Positions 1-13,409 of a stretch of 64,000 bases of DNA are shown in pieces. The position numbers were made by a program, and so were the translations under genes. Source of the DNA: Mobula hypostoma (taxonomy: Eukaryota); the NCBI RefSeq assembly GCF_963921235.1, contig NC_086097.1, positions 250,172,001-250,236,000 on the forward strand, given 5' to 3'. The first letter of the stretch is position 1, and each line of letters starts with the position of its first letter. Under the pieces are notes generated by a model, which saw only the letters and a program-made list of their open reading frames with translations, made no database searches and was not told the DNA's origin.

Positions 1-296
1 ATGGGTGGAGGGCTATCCTCATAAGTCATGCTCTCTAATGCAATCAGCATCCTAGTAAACCCTTCATTCTTCAATAAATGCCAACAAATACATTCAGGCT
101 CACACATAGAAGATGGTACTTACATAAAACCACAGGAATTACTGCCACTTTTACACAGAATTAAGCAGCAGCCTTAAAGAGAAAAGTAAGAATTAACTGA
201 ATTAACAACTCTCCTACTGTGGTGTTTTTTAAATATTGTGAAGATAGTAGAACAGATAACATAACATTATTAGAATCAGAATCAGGTTTAATATCA

Positions 297-3200
297 TAAG
301 ACCATATGATATAGGAGCAGAAGTAGGCCATTTGGCCCATTGAGTCCACTCCACCATTCTTTCATGGGCTGATCCAATTCTTCCAGTCATTCCCACTCCC
401 CTGACTTCACCCCATACCCTTTGATGCCCTGGCTAATCAAGAACCTATCTATCTCTGCCTTAAATACACCCAATGACTTGGCCTCCACAGCCGCTCGTGG
501 CAACAAATTCCACAGATTTACCATCCTCTGACTAAAGTAATTTCTCTGCATCTCTCTTCTAAATGGACAACCTTCAATCTTGAAGTCATGCCCTCTTGTC
601 CTAGACTCCCCTACCATGGGAAATAACTTTGCCATATCTAATCTGTTCAGGTCTTTTAACATTCAGAATGTTTCTATGAGATCCCCCTTCATTCTCCTAA
701 ACTCCAGGGAATACAGCCCAAGAGCTGCCTGACGTTCCTCATACGGTAACATAGTAGGCATAGTCATAGTCATACTTTATTGATCCTGGGGGAAACTGGT
801 TTTCGTTACAGTTGCACCATAAATAATATATAGTAATAGAACCATAACTAGTTAAATAGTAATATGTAAATTATGCCAGTAAATTATGAAATAAGTCCAG
901 GACCAGCCTATCGGCTCAGGGTGTCTGACCTTCCAAGGGAGGAGTTGTAAAGTTTGATGGCCACAGGCAGGAATGACTTCCTATGATGCTCTGTGCTGCA
1001 TCTCGGAAGAAAGAGTCTCTGGCTGAATGTACTCCTGTGCCCAACCAGTACATTATGTAGTGGATGGGAGACACTGACCAAGATGGCATGCAACTTAGAC
1101 AGCATCCTCTTTTCAGACACCACCGTCAGAGAGTCCAGTTCCATCCCTACAACATCACTGGCCTTACGAATGAGTTTGTTGATTCTGTTGGTGTCTGCTA
1201 CCCTCAGCCTGCTGCCCCAGCACACAACAGCAAACATGATCGCACTGGCCACCACAGACTCGTAGGACATCCTCAGCTTCGTCCGCAGATGTTAAAGGAC
1301 CTCAGTCTCCTCAGGAAATAGAGACGGCTCTGACCCTTCTTGTAGGCAGTCTCAGTGTTCTTAGACCAGTCCAGTTTATTATCAATTCGTATCCCCAGGG
1401 ATTTGTAATCCTCCATCATGTCCACACTGACCCCCTGGATGGAAACAGGGGTCACCGGTACCTTAGCTCTCCTCAGGTCTACCACCAGCTCCTTAGTCTT
1501 TTTCACATTAAGCTGCAGATAATTCTGCTGACACCATGTGACAAAGTTTCCTACCTTAGACCTGTACTCAACCTCATCTCCCTTGCTGATGCATCCAACT
1601 ATGGCAGAGTCATCCGAAAACTTCTGAAGGTGACAAGACTCTGTGCAGTAGTTGAAGTCCGAGGTGTAAATGGTGAAGAGAAAGGGAGACAAGACAGTCC
1701 CTTGTGGAGCCCCAGTGCTGCTGATCACTCTGTTGGACACACAGTGTTGCAAGCACATGTACTGTGGTCTGCCAGTCAGATAATCAAGAATCCATGATAC
1801 CAGGGAAGCATCCACCTGCATCGCTGTCAGCTTCTCCCCCAGCGGAGCAGGGCGGATGGTGTTGAATGCACTGGAGAAGTCAAAAAACATGACCCTCACA
1901 GTGCTCGCTGGCTTGTCCGGGTGGGCGTAGACATGGTTCAGCAGGTAGACGATGGCATCCTCAACTCCTAGTCAGGGCTGGTAGGCGAACTGGAGGGGAT
2001 CTAAGTGTGGCCTGACCATAGGCCGGAGCAGCTCCAGAACAAGTCTCTCCAGGGCCTTCATGATGTGGGAGGTCAATGCCATCGGTCTGTAGTCATTGAG
2101 GCCGCTGGGGCGCGGCGTCTTCGGCACAGGGACGAGGCAGGACGTCTTCCACAGTACAGGAACCCTCCGGAGCCTCAGGCTCATGTTGAATACATGGCGA
2201 AATACTCCACATAGCTGAGGGGCACAGGCTTTGAGCCTTTCATTCCTGGAATCATTCTTGTGAATCTTCTCTGAACCCTCTCCAATTTCAGTATACCCTT
2301 TCTAAAATAAGGAGCCCAAAACTGCACACAATACTCCAAGTGTGGTCTCATGAGTGCCTTATAGAGTCTCAACATCACATCCCTGCTCTTATAGTCTATA
2401 CCTCTAGAAATGAATGCCAACATTGCATTTGCCTTCTTCACCACCGACTCAACCTGGAGGTTAACCTTTAGGGTATCCTGCACAAGGACTCCCAAGTCCC
2501 TTTGCATCTTTGCATTTTGAATTTTCTCTCTATCTAAATAATAGTCTGCCCATTTATTTCTTCCACCAAAATGCATGACCATACACTTTCCAACATTGTA
2601 TTTCATTTGCCACTTCTCTACCCATTCCACTAAACTATCTAAGACTCTCTGCAGGCTCTGTGTTTCCTCAGCACTACCCACTCTTCCACCAATCTTTGTA
2701 AATTTAGCCACAAATCCATTAATCCCATAGTCCAAATCATTAACATACAGTACATCATAAAAAGCAGCCGTCCCAACACCAACCCATGTAGAACTCCACT
2801 GGTAACTGGCAGCCAGCCAGAATAGGATCCCTTTATTCCCACTCTCTGTTTTCTGCCGATCAGCCAATGCTCCACCCATGCTAGTAACTTCCCTGTAATT
2901 CCATGGGCTCTTATCTTGCTAAGCAGCCTCATGTGCGGCACCTTGTCAAAGGCCTTCTGAAAATCCAAGCACACCACATCTACCGCATTCCTTTGTCTAC
3001 CCTGCTTGTAATTTCCTCAAAAAATTGCAGTAGGTTAGTCAAGCAGGATTTCATGCTGACTTTGGTCTATCTTGTCATGTGCTTCCAGGTATTCTGTAAT
3101 CTTATCCCTAACAATCGATTCCAACAACTTCCCAACCACTGATGTCAGGCTAACAGGTCTGTAGTTTACTTTCTGCTGCCTCCCACCCTTCTTAAATAGC

Positions 3201-4740
3201 GGAGTAGCATTTGCAATTTTCCAGTCATCTGGTACAATGCCAGAATCTATCGATTCTTGAAAGATCATTGTTATAGCCTCTGCAATCTCTCCAGCTACTT
3301 CCTTCAGAACCCGAGGGTGCACTCTAACAGGTCCAGGAGATTTATCCACCCTCAGACCATTAACCTTCCTGAGCACCTTCTCAGTTGTAATTTTCACTGC
3401 ACAAACTTCACTTCCCTGACACTCTTGAATATCCGGTATACTGCAGATGTCTTCCACTGTGAAGACTGATGCAAAATATGCATTCAGTTCCTCTGCCATC
3501 TCTGCATCTCTCATTACAATATCTCCTGCATCATTTTCTATTGGTCCTATATCTACCCTCAACTTTCTTTTAACCTTTATATACTTAAAAAAGCTTTTAG
3601 TATCTTCTTTGATATTAGTTGCCAGCTTCCTTTCATAATTCATCTTTTCCTTCCTAATGACCTTCTTAGTTTCCTCTATAAGTTTTTAAAAGCTTCCCAA
3701 TCCTGTATCTTCCCACTAGCTTTGGCTTCCTTGTATGCCCTCTCTTTTGCTTTTACTTTGGCTCTGACTTCATTTGTCAGCTACAGAAGTGTCCTACTTC
3801 CATTCGACAATTTCTTCTTAGTTGGAATGTATCTGTCTTGCACTTCCCTCATTTTTCACAGAAACTCCAACCATTGCTGCTCTGCTGTCCTTCCTGCAAA
3901 TGTCGCTTTCCAGTCAACTTCGGCCAGTTCCCCTCTCATGCCATTGTAATTTCCTTTATTCCAGTGAAATTCCAACACATTGGAATTTAGTTTCTCCTTC
4001 TCAGATTTCAAAGTGAACTCGATCATATTGTGATCACTGTTCCTGAAGGGTTCCTTAACCTTAAGCTCTCTTATCACCTCCGGATCATGCCAACACCCAA
4101 TCCAGCACAGCCGATCCCCTAGTGGGCTCAACAACAAGCTGTTATAAAAAGCCATCCCTTAGACATTCTACAAATTCTTTCTTGAGGTTCAGTACCAGCC
4201 TGGTTTTCCCAATCCAATTTCATGTTAAAATCCCCAACGATTATTATGACATTGACCTTCTGACACGCCCTTTCTATCTCCTGCTGTAATTTGTAGTCCA
4301 CATCCCGGCTGCTGTTTGGAGGCCTGTATACAACTGCCATTAGGGTCCTTTTACCCTTGCCATTTCTTAACTCAGCCCATAGAGATTCTACACCTTCCAA
4401 TCCTATGTCATCCCTTTCTAATGATTTAATATTATTTCTTATACACAGGGCCACACCACCCCCTCTGCCTACTAACCTATCTTTCCGATATACCGTATAT
4501 CCTGGGACATTCAACTCCCAAAGGCAGCCATCCTTTAGCCAAGTTTCAGAAATGGCCACAACGTCATACTTGCCAATCTGTAGCTGAATTTCAAGATGCT
4601 CCATTTTACATCTTATGCTGTGTGCATTGAAATACCAACACTTTCAGTCCAGTATTTGTTGCTTTCAGTTTTAACTGCACCATGCCTCTATGCCCTGTAA
4701 CTCATCCCACAGGCTGGGATTATGCTTCATCTCCTGTCTG
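297..4740 (-). mobile_element. CR1-clade LINE (HER1-like), near-complete but frameshifted ORF2 plus 3' tail, split by a Rex1 insertion
   Basis: APE motifs ISETWL, YRPPN, GDFN, SDHN. RT motifs NYRPVSLTS, LDFQKAFDKVPH. C-terminal RPHLEYCVQFW and ERVQRRFTRMIPG. Confidence 0.93.
751..2235 (-). mobile_element. Rex1/Babar LINE, 5'-truncated, nested in CR1
   Basis: FFDFSSAFNTI, GAPQGTVLSPFLF, KFSDDS, NVKKTKELVVD. 3' tail AATAAAG(TATGAC)n. Confidence 0.9.
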
Positions 4741-4834
4741 ATCTTTCTATCATTTCTGTTGCACGCTATGTTTGATTTCAATAGCAAATGTTGTGAAATT
4801 TGTTGTTATGCAGCATACATAATAAAAACCTAAG

Positions 4835-5166
4835 TACAACGGGTGATTGATAAGTTTGTAGCCTAAGGTAGAGGAGTCAATTTTAGAAAACCTAGCACAT
4901 TTATTTTTCCTACATTTACACACTTAGTCCTGCGGTCATGGAGCAAATGGATCCCTTCTTTGTAGAAGTCGGCACCTTGGACCTCCAGAAGTGGTCCACA
5001 GCAGGGGTGATTGATAAGTTCGTGGCCTAAAGTAGAAGGAGATGAGGAGCAACTTCAAACTTTCTGCATTTTCACTCAAAGAGTTGAACTGCACATGCAT
5101 GTAACGAGAGCTGTATAACTCATCTCTTTCTACCTTAGGCCACGAACTTATCAATCACCCCCTGAA
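4835..5166. mobile_element. Non-autonomous mariner-like element with three TIR copies
   Basis: GGGTGATTGATAAGTT..GCCTAA.GTAGA at 4841 and 5005. Reverse complement ends at 5160. No transposase ORF. Confidence 0.65.
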
Positions 5167-6346
5167 TATATAAAAGTTAAATTAAATAAATAATGCAAAA
5201 AAGAGAAAAAAGTGAGGTTGTGTACATGGGTTCAATGCTCATTCTGAAATCTGATGGCGGAGGGGAAGAAGCTGTTCCTGAATTGATGAGTGTGTGGCTT
5301 CAGGCTCCTGTGCCTCCTCCCTGATGGTAGCAATGAGAAGAGGGCGCATCCTGGGTGATGGGGGTCCTTAATGACAGCAGTAGCTGCAAGGCTGGGATTC
5401 AATCCCTGCCTCTGTCCGTGGGGAGCTTGTACATTTTCCCCATGACCGTCTGGGTGCTCCCATTTCCACCCACATTCCAAAAATGTTTTGGATCCTAAAA
5501 ATTTTGGGAATACAGTTGGTAGGTTGTGGGCATGCTAGACTAGTGCTGGAAGCATGATGACACTGTCCCCAGAACATCCTCAGACGCTGCTGGCTGTTGA
5601 CAAAAATAATCCGTTTCACTCTATGTTTTGATGTACTGTACATGTGATAATTAAGGCTACGATTATCTTTATTCCTTGAAATGAAGTTTACAATAGCTTT
5701 GCATATATATTTTAATTAAAAACACAATGTACATCCACAACATCATGGTGGTTCCATAATAATGGACTGAGGAGAATTAGGCGATTCGGCCCATCGAGTC
5801 TGCTCCACCATTCCATCATGGTCAATTTATTATCTCTCTCAAACTCATTCTCCTGACCTCTCCCTGTAACCTTTCACACCCTGATTAACCAAGGACCTAT
5901 CAATCTCTGCTTTAAACGTACCCAATGACTTGGCCTCCGCAGTCAACTGTGGCAATGAATTCAACAGATTCACCACCATCTGGATAAAGATTCATCATCT
6001 CTGTACTAAAGGGATGTCCTTGTACTTCAAATCGGTGCCTCTGGTTTTAGACTCCCTCAGGAGCGGAAACATCCTCTCCATGTCCACTCTACCTAAGCCT
6101 TTCAATATTCGATAGGTTTCAATGAGATTCCTCTTACACACATGCATTTCCTCCGGGTGCTCTGGTTTCCTCCCACAGTCCAAAGACTTACTGGTTGGTA
6201 GGTTAATTGGTCGTAGACCATCTCCTTGGTCTAGTCTGTGATTAGACTAGGGTTAAATCTAGGGTTGTTAGCAGGGCTGCCAGAGGTGCTGGAAGTGCTT
6301 ATTCTATGCTAAATAAATTTTAAAAATCTTAAATTTGACCTTGCTA

Positions 6347-6745
6347 TACACATCAAAGTTGCTGGTGAATGCAGCAGGCCAGGTATCATCTCTAGGAAAA
6401 GATGTTTTGGGCCGAGACCCTTCGTCAGGACTAACTGAAGGAAGAGCTAGTAAGAGATTTGAGAGGGGGAGGGGGAGGGGGAGATCCAAAATGATAGGAG
6501 GAGACAGGAGGGGGAAGGATGGAGCCAAGAGCTGGACAAAAGGGATATGAGAGGATCATGGGACAGGAGGCCCAGGGAGAAAGAAAAGGGGGAGAGGGGG
6601 AAAACCCAGAGGATGGGCGAGGGGTATAGTCAGAGGGACAGAGGGAGAAAAAGGAGAGAGAGAGAAAGAATGTGTGTATATAAATAAATAACGGATGGGG
6701 TACGAGGGGGAGGTAGGGCATTAGTGGAAGTTTGCAAAGTCAATG
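6347..6745 (-). mobile_element. Penelope-like (Neptune-type) 3' repeat with decayed hammerhead
   Basis: Same family as 50068-50757. Flanked by imperfect 12-bp TSD TTTG[A/C]CCTTGCT. Confidence 0.75.
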
Positions 6746-7347
6746 TTTGCCCTTGCTGTTCTGTTTTTCAGATTTAAAGATGGGGATACAATGGGGTTGT
6801 TAAATTTGTCCTTGCTGTTCCGCTTTTCAGATACTAAAGGTGGGGATACAATGGGGTTGATGGAGAGTTTCTCGAGGAATCAGTTCTGGCATGGCGACGG
6901 TAAAAAAACAACTGGGAATGTGTAGAGGTCAGAATTGCGGAAGTACAAACCACCTTGTACAAAACCTTCGGTCTAAATCCAGGTTTTGAAAGCCTCCCAA
7001 ATTCAACTGCTTGTCCCTCCCCAAAGCGAATCATGAGCTTCCATGCCTTGCACTTGGGCAAATGCAATAAATGTTTTTCAAAAAGTGTTTGATTCAGTAT
7101 ATGTTTACTTATAAAGCACTTACAAATAACACTCTAAATGACCTTGGGTATACACAAAGCTCTGTGTTAACTCGGTGTAATATGAATATATCTGTACTGC
7201 GAATGCCACTCTGTCACAGACTGTACATCTACTGTGTGCTTTTGGAAAGTTTTCTTTTAACAGAGCCATTAACTTACTGATTTGCCTCAAATTTTTATAA
7301 ACACAAGAATCTTATTTTCCCTGTACTATAATACCCAAGCCATAATA

Positions 7348-8120
7348 TCATGAATTGCGGATCATTCAGGAGGCTGAAGGTTTGATAGACAGGACATACA
7401 GAGAGGCAGTTACTCCCAAGGCGCAGGGCAGAGGTAATTGGGGAGGGGGAAGGGGATAGGCAGGCAGTGTAGATTACCTCTCTGGTCGCTCCCCTCCACA
7501 ACTGGTATACCTCTTTGGATACTGTTGGCGTGATGACCGAGCAGTGAAAAGCCACAGTGATCAAGTCTCTGGCTGAGAGTATGGTTCTGTAGCTCAGAAG
7601 AGAAGGGGAGAGAGGAGACGAGCTGTAGCCTCACGGGATTCATTGGCTAGGGGAGCAGACAGGAAGTTCTGTGGATGAGAGTGGGTTTCCGGATGGTATG
7701 TTGCCTGCAGGGGGCCGGCGTCAGCATTCTCAAGTGGGAGGGTGAGCAACCAGAGGTTGCGGTTCACGTCGGTACCAATGTAAGTGTCGGAAGGGTGACC
7801 AGGTGCTGCAAAGTGAGTTCAGGGAGTTAGCTGCTAAAGGCAGGACCACCAGGGTTGTGATCTCAGGATTGCTACCTGTGCCACATGCCAGTGAGGCCAG
7901 AACTAGGAAGATTATACAGTTCAACATCTGGCTAAGGAGTTGGTGTAAAGGGGAGGGCTTCAGATTTTTGGATCATTGGGCTCTCTTCGAGGGAAGATGG
8001 GACCTGTACGGAAGGGACGGAAGCTGGTGGGGGACTAATATCCTAGTGGGAAGGTTTGCTAGTGCATGAGGGGCGGGTGATTAAACTAGAGTTGTAGGTG
8101 GATGGGAACCAGAGCACCAG
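7348..8120 (+). mobile_element. CR1 ORF1 fragment (SGNH esterase-like)
   Basis: VVISGLLPVPHASEARTRKIIQFNIWLRSWCKGEGFRFLDHW, and HVGTN at ~7766. Confidence 0.8.
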
Positions 8121-8126
8121 AACAGA

Positions 8127-8376
8127 TACATGAGGAATTCTGCAGATGCTGGAAATTCAAGCAACACACATCAAAGTTGCTGGTGAACGCAGCAGGCCAG
8201 GCAGCATCTCTAGGAAGAGGTACAGTCGACGTTTCGGGCCAAGACCCTTTGTCAGGACTAACTGAAGGAAGAGCTAGTAAGAGATTTAAAAGTGAGAAGG
8301 GGAGGGGGAGATCCAAAATGATAGGAGAAGACAGGAGGGGGAGGGATGGAGCCAAGAGCTGGACAGGTGATTGGCG
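8127..8376 (-). mobile_element. Penelope-like 3' repeat; hammerhead motif 8224-8259 with CTGACAA core mutation
   Basis: Near-identical to 50070-50320. Confidence 0.78.
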
Positions 8377-8849
8377 AGTCTGAGTCAAAATGTGGTCGAA
8401 AAGTTGAAGAGTCCTTACTCTTAATAATTTCTCCACGGGCAGGAATGACTTCCTATGACGCTCTGTGCCGCATCTCGGTGAAATGAGTCTCTGGCTGAAT
8501 GTACTCCTGTGCCCAACCAGTATATTATGTAGTGGATGGGAGACATTGTCCAAGATGGCATGCAAACATATAAACACAAGAATCTTACTTTCCCTGTACT
8601 ATAATATCCAAACCATAATATCATGAACTTTGGATCATTCAAGTGGCTGAGGGGTTGATAGACAGGACATACAGAGAGGTTCCAGGGTTCTATTGCTTTA
8701 GATGTGATAGAGCAGGAGGGATTTAAGTGGGGGAGGTGGTGTTACTAGTCAGGAAATATGTCATGTCAGTGCTCAGACAGGAAAGACAGGAGAGCTCGCC
8801 GACTGAGGTTATATGGGTAGAAGTGAGAAATAAGAAAGGTATGAGAGGC

Positions 8850-9370
8850 CCTTAATAATGGACACTGCCTTTCTGAGACACCACTCCCTAAAGATGTCCT
8901 GGGCTAGTAGGCTAGTACCCAAGATGGAGCTGACTCAAGTTACTATTTTCTTTTGGTCCTGTGCAGTAGCCCCTCTACACCAGACAGTGATGCAGCCTGT
9001 CAGAATGCTCTCCACAGTACAACTATAGAAGTTTTTGGGTGTATTTGTTGCCATGCCAAATATCTTCAAACTCCTGTTAAAGTATAGCCACTGTCTTGCC
9101 TTCTTTATAACTACATCAATATATTGGGACCAGGTTAGATCCCCAGCGATCTTGACACCCAGGAACTTGAAACTGCTCACTCTCTCCACTTCTGATCCCT
9201 CTGTGAGGATTGGTACGTGTTCCTTGGTCTTACCCTTCCTGAAGTCCACAATCAGCTCTTTCGTCTTACTGACGTTGAGTGCCAGGTCGTTGCTGTGGCA
9301 CCACTCCACTAGTTGGCATATCTCACTCCTGTGTGCCCTCTCATCACCACCTGAGATTCTACCAACAATG
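8850..9370 (-). mobile_element. Rex1/Babar RT C-terminal fragment
   Basis: LNVSKTKELIVDFRK, FKFLGV, VESILTGCITVW. Confidence 0.85.
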
Positions 9371-9374
9371 TTTG

Positions 9375-12300
9375 TCATCTATGCAATGGAATCAAAGGAG
9401 ATGGGGGAGATCTTAAATGGAGCTTTTGCATCTGTATTCACTTGGGAGATTGACACAGAGTCTACAGATGTGAGATAAAGCAGCAGTGACATCATGGACC
9501 CTAGAGATTACAGAGGAAGAGGTGCTTGCTGTCTTGAGGCAGATTAGGGAGGCCTGACATGGTGTTCCTTCGGACCCTGTGAGATGCTAGTGCAGAAATT
9601 GCAGGGGCACTGGCAGAGATTTTTTGAATGTCCTTAGCCATGCCATGGGTGAGGTGCTGGAGAATTGGACAATAACTAATGTTATTCAATTGTTAGAAAT
9701 ATAGAGGGCTATGCGGTAGGGAAATTCTAGGCAGCTTCTAGCGTAGGTTACATGGTCAGCAAAACATTGTGGGCCGAAGGGCCTGTAATGTGCTGTAGAT
9801 TTCTATGCTCCTACGTTTAAGAAAGGCAATAAGAATAAGCCATAAAGTTATAGGCTGGTGATCCTGACATCAAGAGTGGGAAAGTTATTTGAGGTATTCT
9901 AAGTTACCGGAGATATAAATATTTGGATAGACAAGCACGGACAAGAAGTAGTTAACACAGCTTTGTGCCTGGTAGGTCATGTCTAATTTATCTTATATAG
10001 CCTTTAGAGGAAGTTACCAGGAAAGCTGAGGAAGTCAAGGCAGTGGATGTTGTCTACAGAGACATTAGCAAGGCCTTTGATAAGGTCCCGTGTGGGAGGT
10101 TGGTCAAGAAGATTCAGTTGTTTGGCATTCAAGATGAGGTCATAAATTGGATCAGACATTGGCTTTGCGGGAGAAGCCAGAGGGAGGTGTTAAATGGTTT
10201 TCTCTTTGAGAGGGAGAAGCTAAAAACAAATATATCAGTCTTTCATTGGAGTAATGGGTATTACAGAGGCTTGAGAGAGGAGGTTGCCAAAGGGGATACT
10301 AAAAGGGATGACAGTAGAGCAATAATGGCTGGAGTTTTTTGGGGCAGTTTTCAATGTGCAGTATAGATGCTACATCCCAAAGAAGAAGTATTCTAAAGGC
10401 AGGCTGACAAGGGAAGTCAAAGCCAACATAAAAGCAAAATCGAGGGCGTATAACAGAGCAAAAATTTGTTGGAAGTTAGAGACTGGGAAGGTTTTAAAAA
10501 CAAACAGAAGGCAACTAAAAAAAGCCATAAGGAGGGAAAAGATGAAATATGAAGATAAGCTAGCTAACAATATCAAAGAGGATACCAAAAGTTTTGTCAG
10601 ATTTATAAAGTGTAAAAGAGAGGCAAGAGTAGATATTGAACCACTGGAAAATTACGCTGTAGAGGTAGTACTGGGGCACAAAGAAATTGTGGACGAACTG
10701 ATTAAGTATTTTGCATCAGTCTTCATGATGGAAGACACTAGCAGTATGTCAGAGGTTCAAGACTGTCGGAGGGCAGAAGTGAGTGCAGTTGCTATTATTA
10801 GGGAGAAGGTACTTGGGGAAACTGAAAGGTCTGAAGATAGATAATTCACCTGGACCAGATGGTGTACACCCCAGGGTTCTGAAAGAGGTGGCTGAAGAGA
10901 TCATGGAGGCTTTAATAATGATCTTTCAAGAATCACTAGATTCCAGAATGGTTCCAGAAGACTGGAATATTGAAAATGTCACTCCACTCTTTAAGAAGGG
11001 AGGGACGCACGAGAAAGAAAATTATAGGCCAGTTAGTCTGACCTCAATGGTTGGGAAGATGTTGGAGTCAAATATTAAGTCTAAGGTCTCAGGGTACTTG
11101 GAGGCACATGATAAAATAGGCTGTAGTCAGCATGGTTTCCTCAAGGGCAAATCTTACCCGACAAATCTGTTAGAATTCTTCGAGGAAGTAACAGGCGGGA
11201 TAGACAAAGGAGATTTGGTGGATGTTGTGGACTTGGATTTTCAGAAGGTGTCACATATGAGGGAGCTTAGCAAGACAAGAGCCCATGGTATTACAGGAAA
11301 GATACTGGCATGGATAGAACATTGGGTAATTGGCAAGAGGCTGAGAGAGGGAACAAAGGGAGCCTTTTTAGATTAGATACTGGTGTTCTGTAGGGGTAGT
11401 GTTGGAACTGTGTTGTATGCCAATGATTGAATGATGGAATTGATGGCTTTGTGGCCAAGTATGAGAATGATACAAAGATAGGTGATGGTTGGGGGGGGGT
11501 AGTGGAGAGTGTTGAGGAAGCAGGGAGTCTGCAGAAAGACTTTGACAGATTAGGAGAATAGATAAAAATAGTATATAGTGTTGGGAAGTGTATGGGCATA
11601 CACTTTGGGAGAAGGAATAAAAGTATAGACTATTTTCTAAATGGGGAGAAAATTCAAAAATTATGGGTGTAAAGCAACTTGGGAGTCCCCGTGCAGGATT
11701 CCCTAAATGTCAACTGGCAGTTTAAGCCGGTGGTAAGGAAGGCAAATGCGAGAGGACTAGAATGTCAAAGCAAGGATGTAATGCTAATGCTATAGAAGGC
11801 ACTGGCAAGGCCTCATTTGAAGTATTGTGGGCAGTTTTGGGCCCCGTATCGAAGAAAGGATGTGCTGACATTGGAGAGGGTTCAAAATCTGTTCATGAAA
11901 ATGATTGTGGGAATGAAAGGCCTATCATAGGAGGAGATTTTGATGGCTGTAGGCCCGTACTCACTGGGATTCAGATGAATGAGAGGGGATCTCATTGAAT
12001 CCTATTGAACATTGAAAGGCCTAGATAGATTGGGTGTGGAGAGGACTTTCCTACGGTGGGAGAATCTAGGACAAGAGGACACGTCTGAATAGAGGATGTC
12101 CCCTTAGAAGAGATGAGTAATTTCTTTAGCCAGAGAGTAATCAATCTGTGGAATTCATTCCTACAGGCAGCTGTGGAGGCCAGGTCATTGGGTGTATTTA
12201 AGGTGGAAGTTGACAGATTCTTAATAAGTCAGAGCATGAAAAGTTACTGGGAGAAGGCAGGAGAATAGGGTTGAGCAGAAAATAGACCAGCCATGACGAA

Positions 12301-13310
12301 ATGTCAGAGCAGCAGACTCGATGGGCCGAATGGCTTCATTGCTCCTATGTCTTATGGTCTGCCTGGAGGCCTGTGACTAGTGGTGTATATGAATGATCTG
12401 GATGATAACGTGGTTAACTGGATCACCAAATTTGCAGATGACACCAAGATTGCAGGTATAGTGGACAGCGAGGAAAGCTAACAGAGCTTGCAGCAGGATC
12501 TGAACCAACTGGAAAAATGGCAGATGGAATTTTATGCACATAGATGTGAGGTGTTGCACTTTGGGAGGATGAACCAGTGTTAGGACTCACACAGTCAACT
12601 GCAGGGCACTGAGGAGTGTGGTAGAACAGAGGGATTTGGGAATACAAATCCATAATTCCATGGAAGTGGCATCACAGGGAGAAAGGATCACAAAGATAGT
12701 TTTTGACACATTGGACTTCATAAATCAACGTATTCAGTACAGGAGTTGGGATTTTATGTTGAGGTGTAAGACATTGGTGAGGCCTAATTTGGAGCATGGT
12801 GTCTAGTTTTGATCGTTTTCATCACCTACCTACAGGAAAGATATAAACAAGGTTGAAAGAGTGCAGAGAAAATTTAGAAGGATGTTGCCAGGTCTGGAGG
12901 ACCTGAGTTATATGGAAAGATTAAATAGGTTAGAACTTTATTCCCCAGAGTGCAGGAGAATGCAGGGAGATTTGATAGAGGTATACAAAATTATGAGGGG
13001 TATAGATAGGGCAAGGTGCAAGCAGGCATTTTCCACTGAGGTTGGGTGAGAATGTATTTAGAAGTCATGGGTTACGGGGGAAATGTGAAAAGTGAATTTC
13101 TTCACTCAGGGGGTCGGGTGAGTGTGGAACAAGCTGCCAGCAGAAGTGGTGGATGCAGGTTTAATTTCAACATTTAAGAGAAATTTGGCCAGGTGCATGG
13201 ATGGGAGGGTATGGTCTGGGTGCAAGTCGATGGGACTAGGTAGATTAATGTTTTGGCATGGAGTAGATGGGCCGAAGAGCCTGTTTCTGTGCGATAGAGT
13301 TCTATGACTC
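9375..13310 (+). mobile_element. Decayed CR1 LINE ORF2 (subfamily A), interrupted at 10206-12360
   Basis: DISKAFDKVP before the insertion; KFADDTKI and RPNLE after it; CR1 3' tail. Confidence 0.85.
10206..12360 (+). mobile_element. CR1 LINE (subfamily B, same family as 297-4740) nested in another CR1
   Basis: SPGPDGVHPRVLKE, NYRPVSLTS, QHGFLKGKS. Tail ends CTTATGGTCT. Confidence 0.85.
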
Positions 13311-13409
13311 TGTGTATCATTGTTATATTGACTTTGGAGGTCAGTATTCTGTTTGAAATTGTTGATTACTGTTTTGTTATTTGTTAGACAAGTTGAAGGT
13401 CAAGTCCAC

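Noticed and set aside
297..4740. CR1 copy as an active autonomous element
   Set aside because: Multiple frameshifts, loss of the FADD motif (FVAKFTKIG), a nested insertion and no ORF1.
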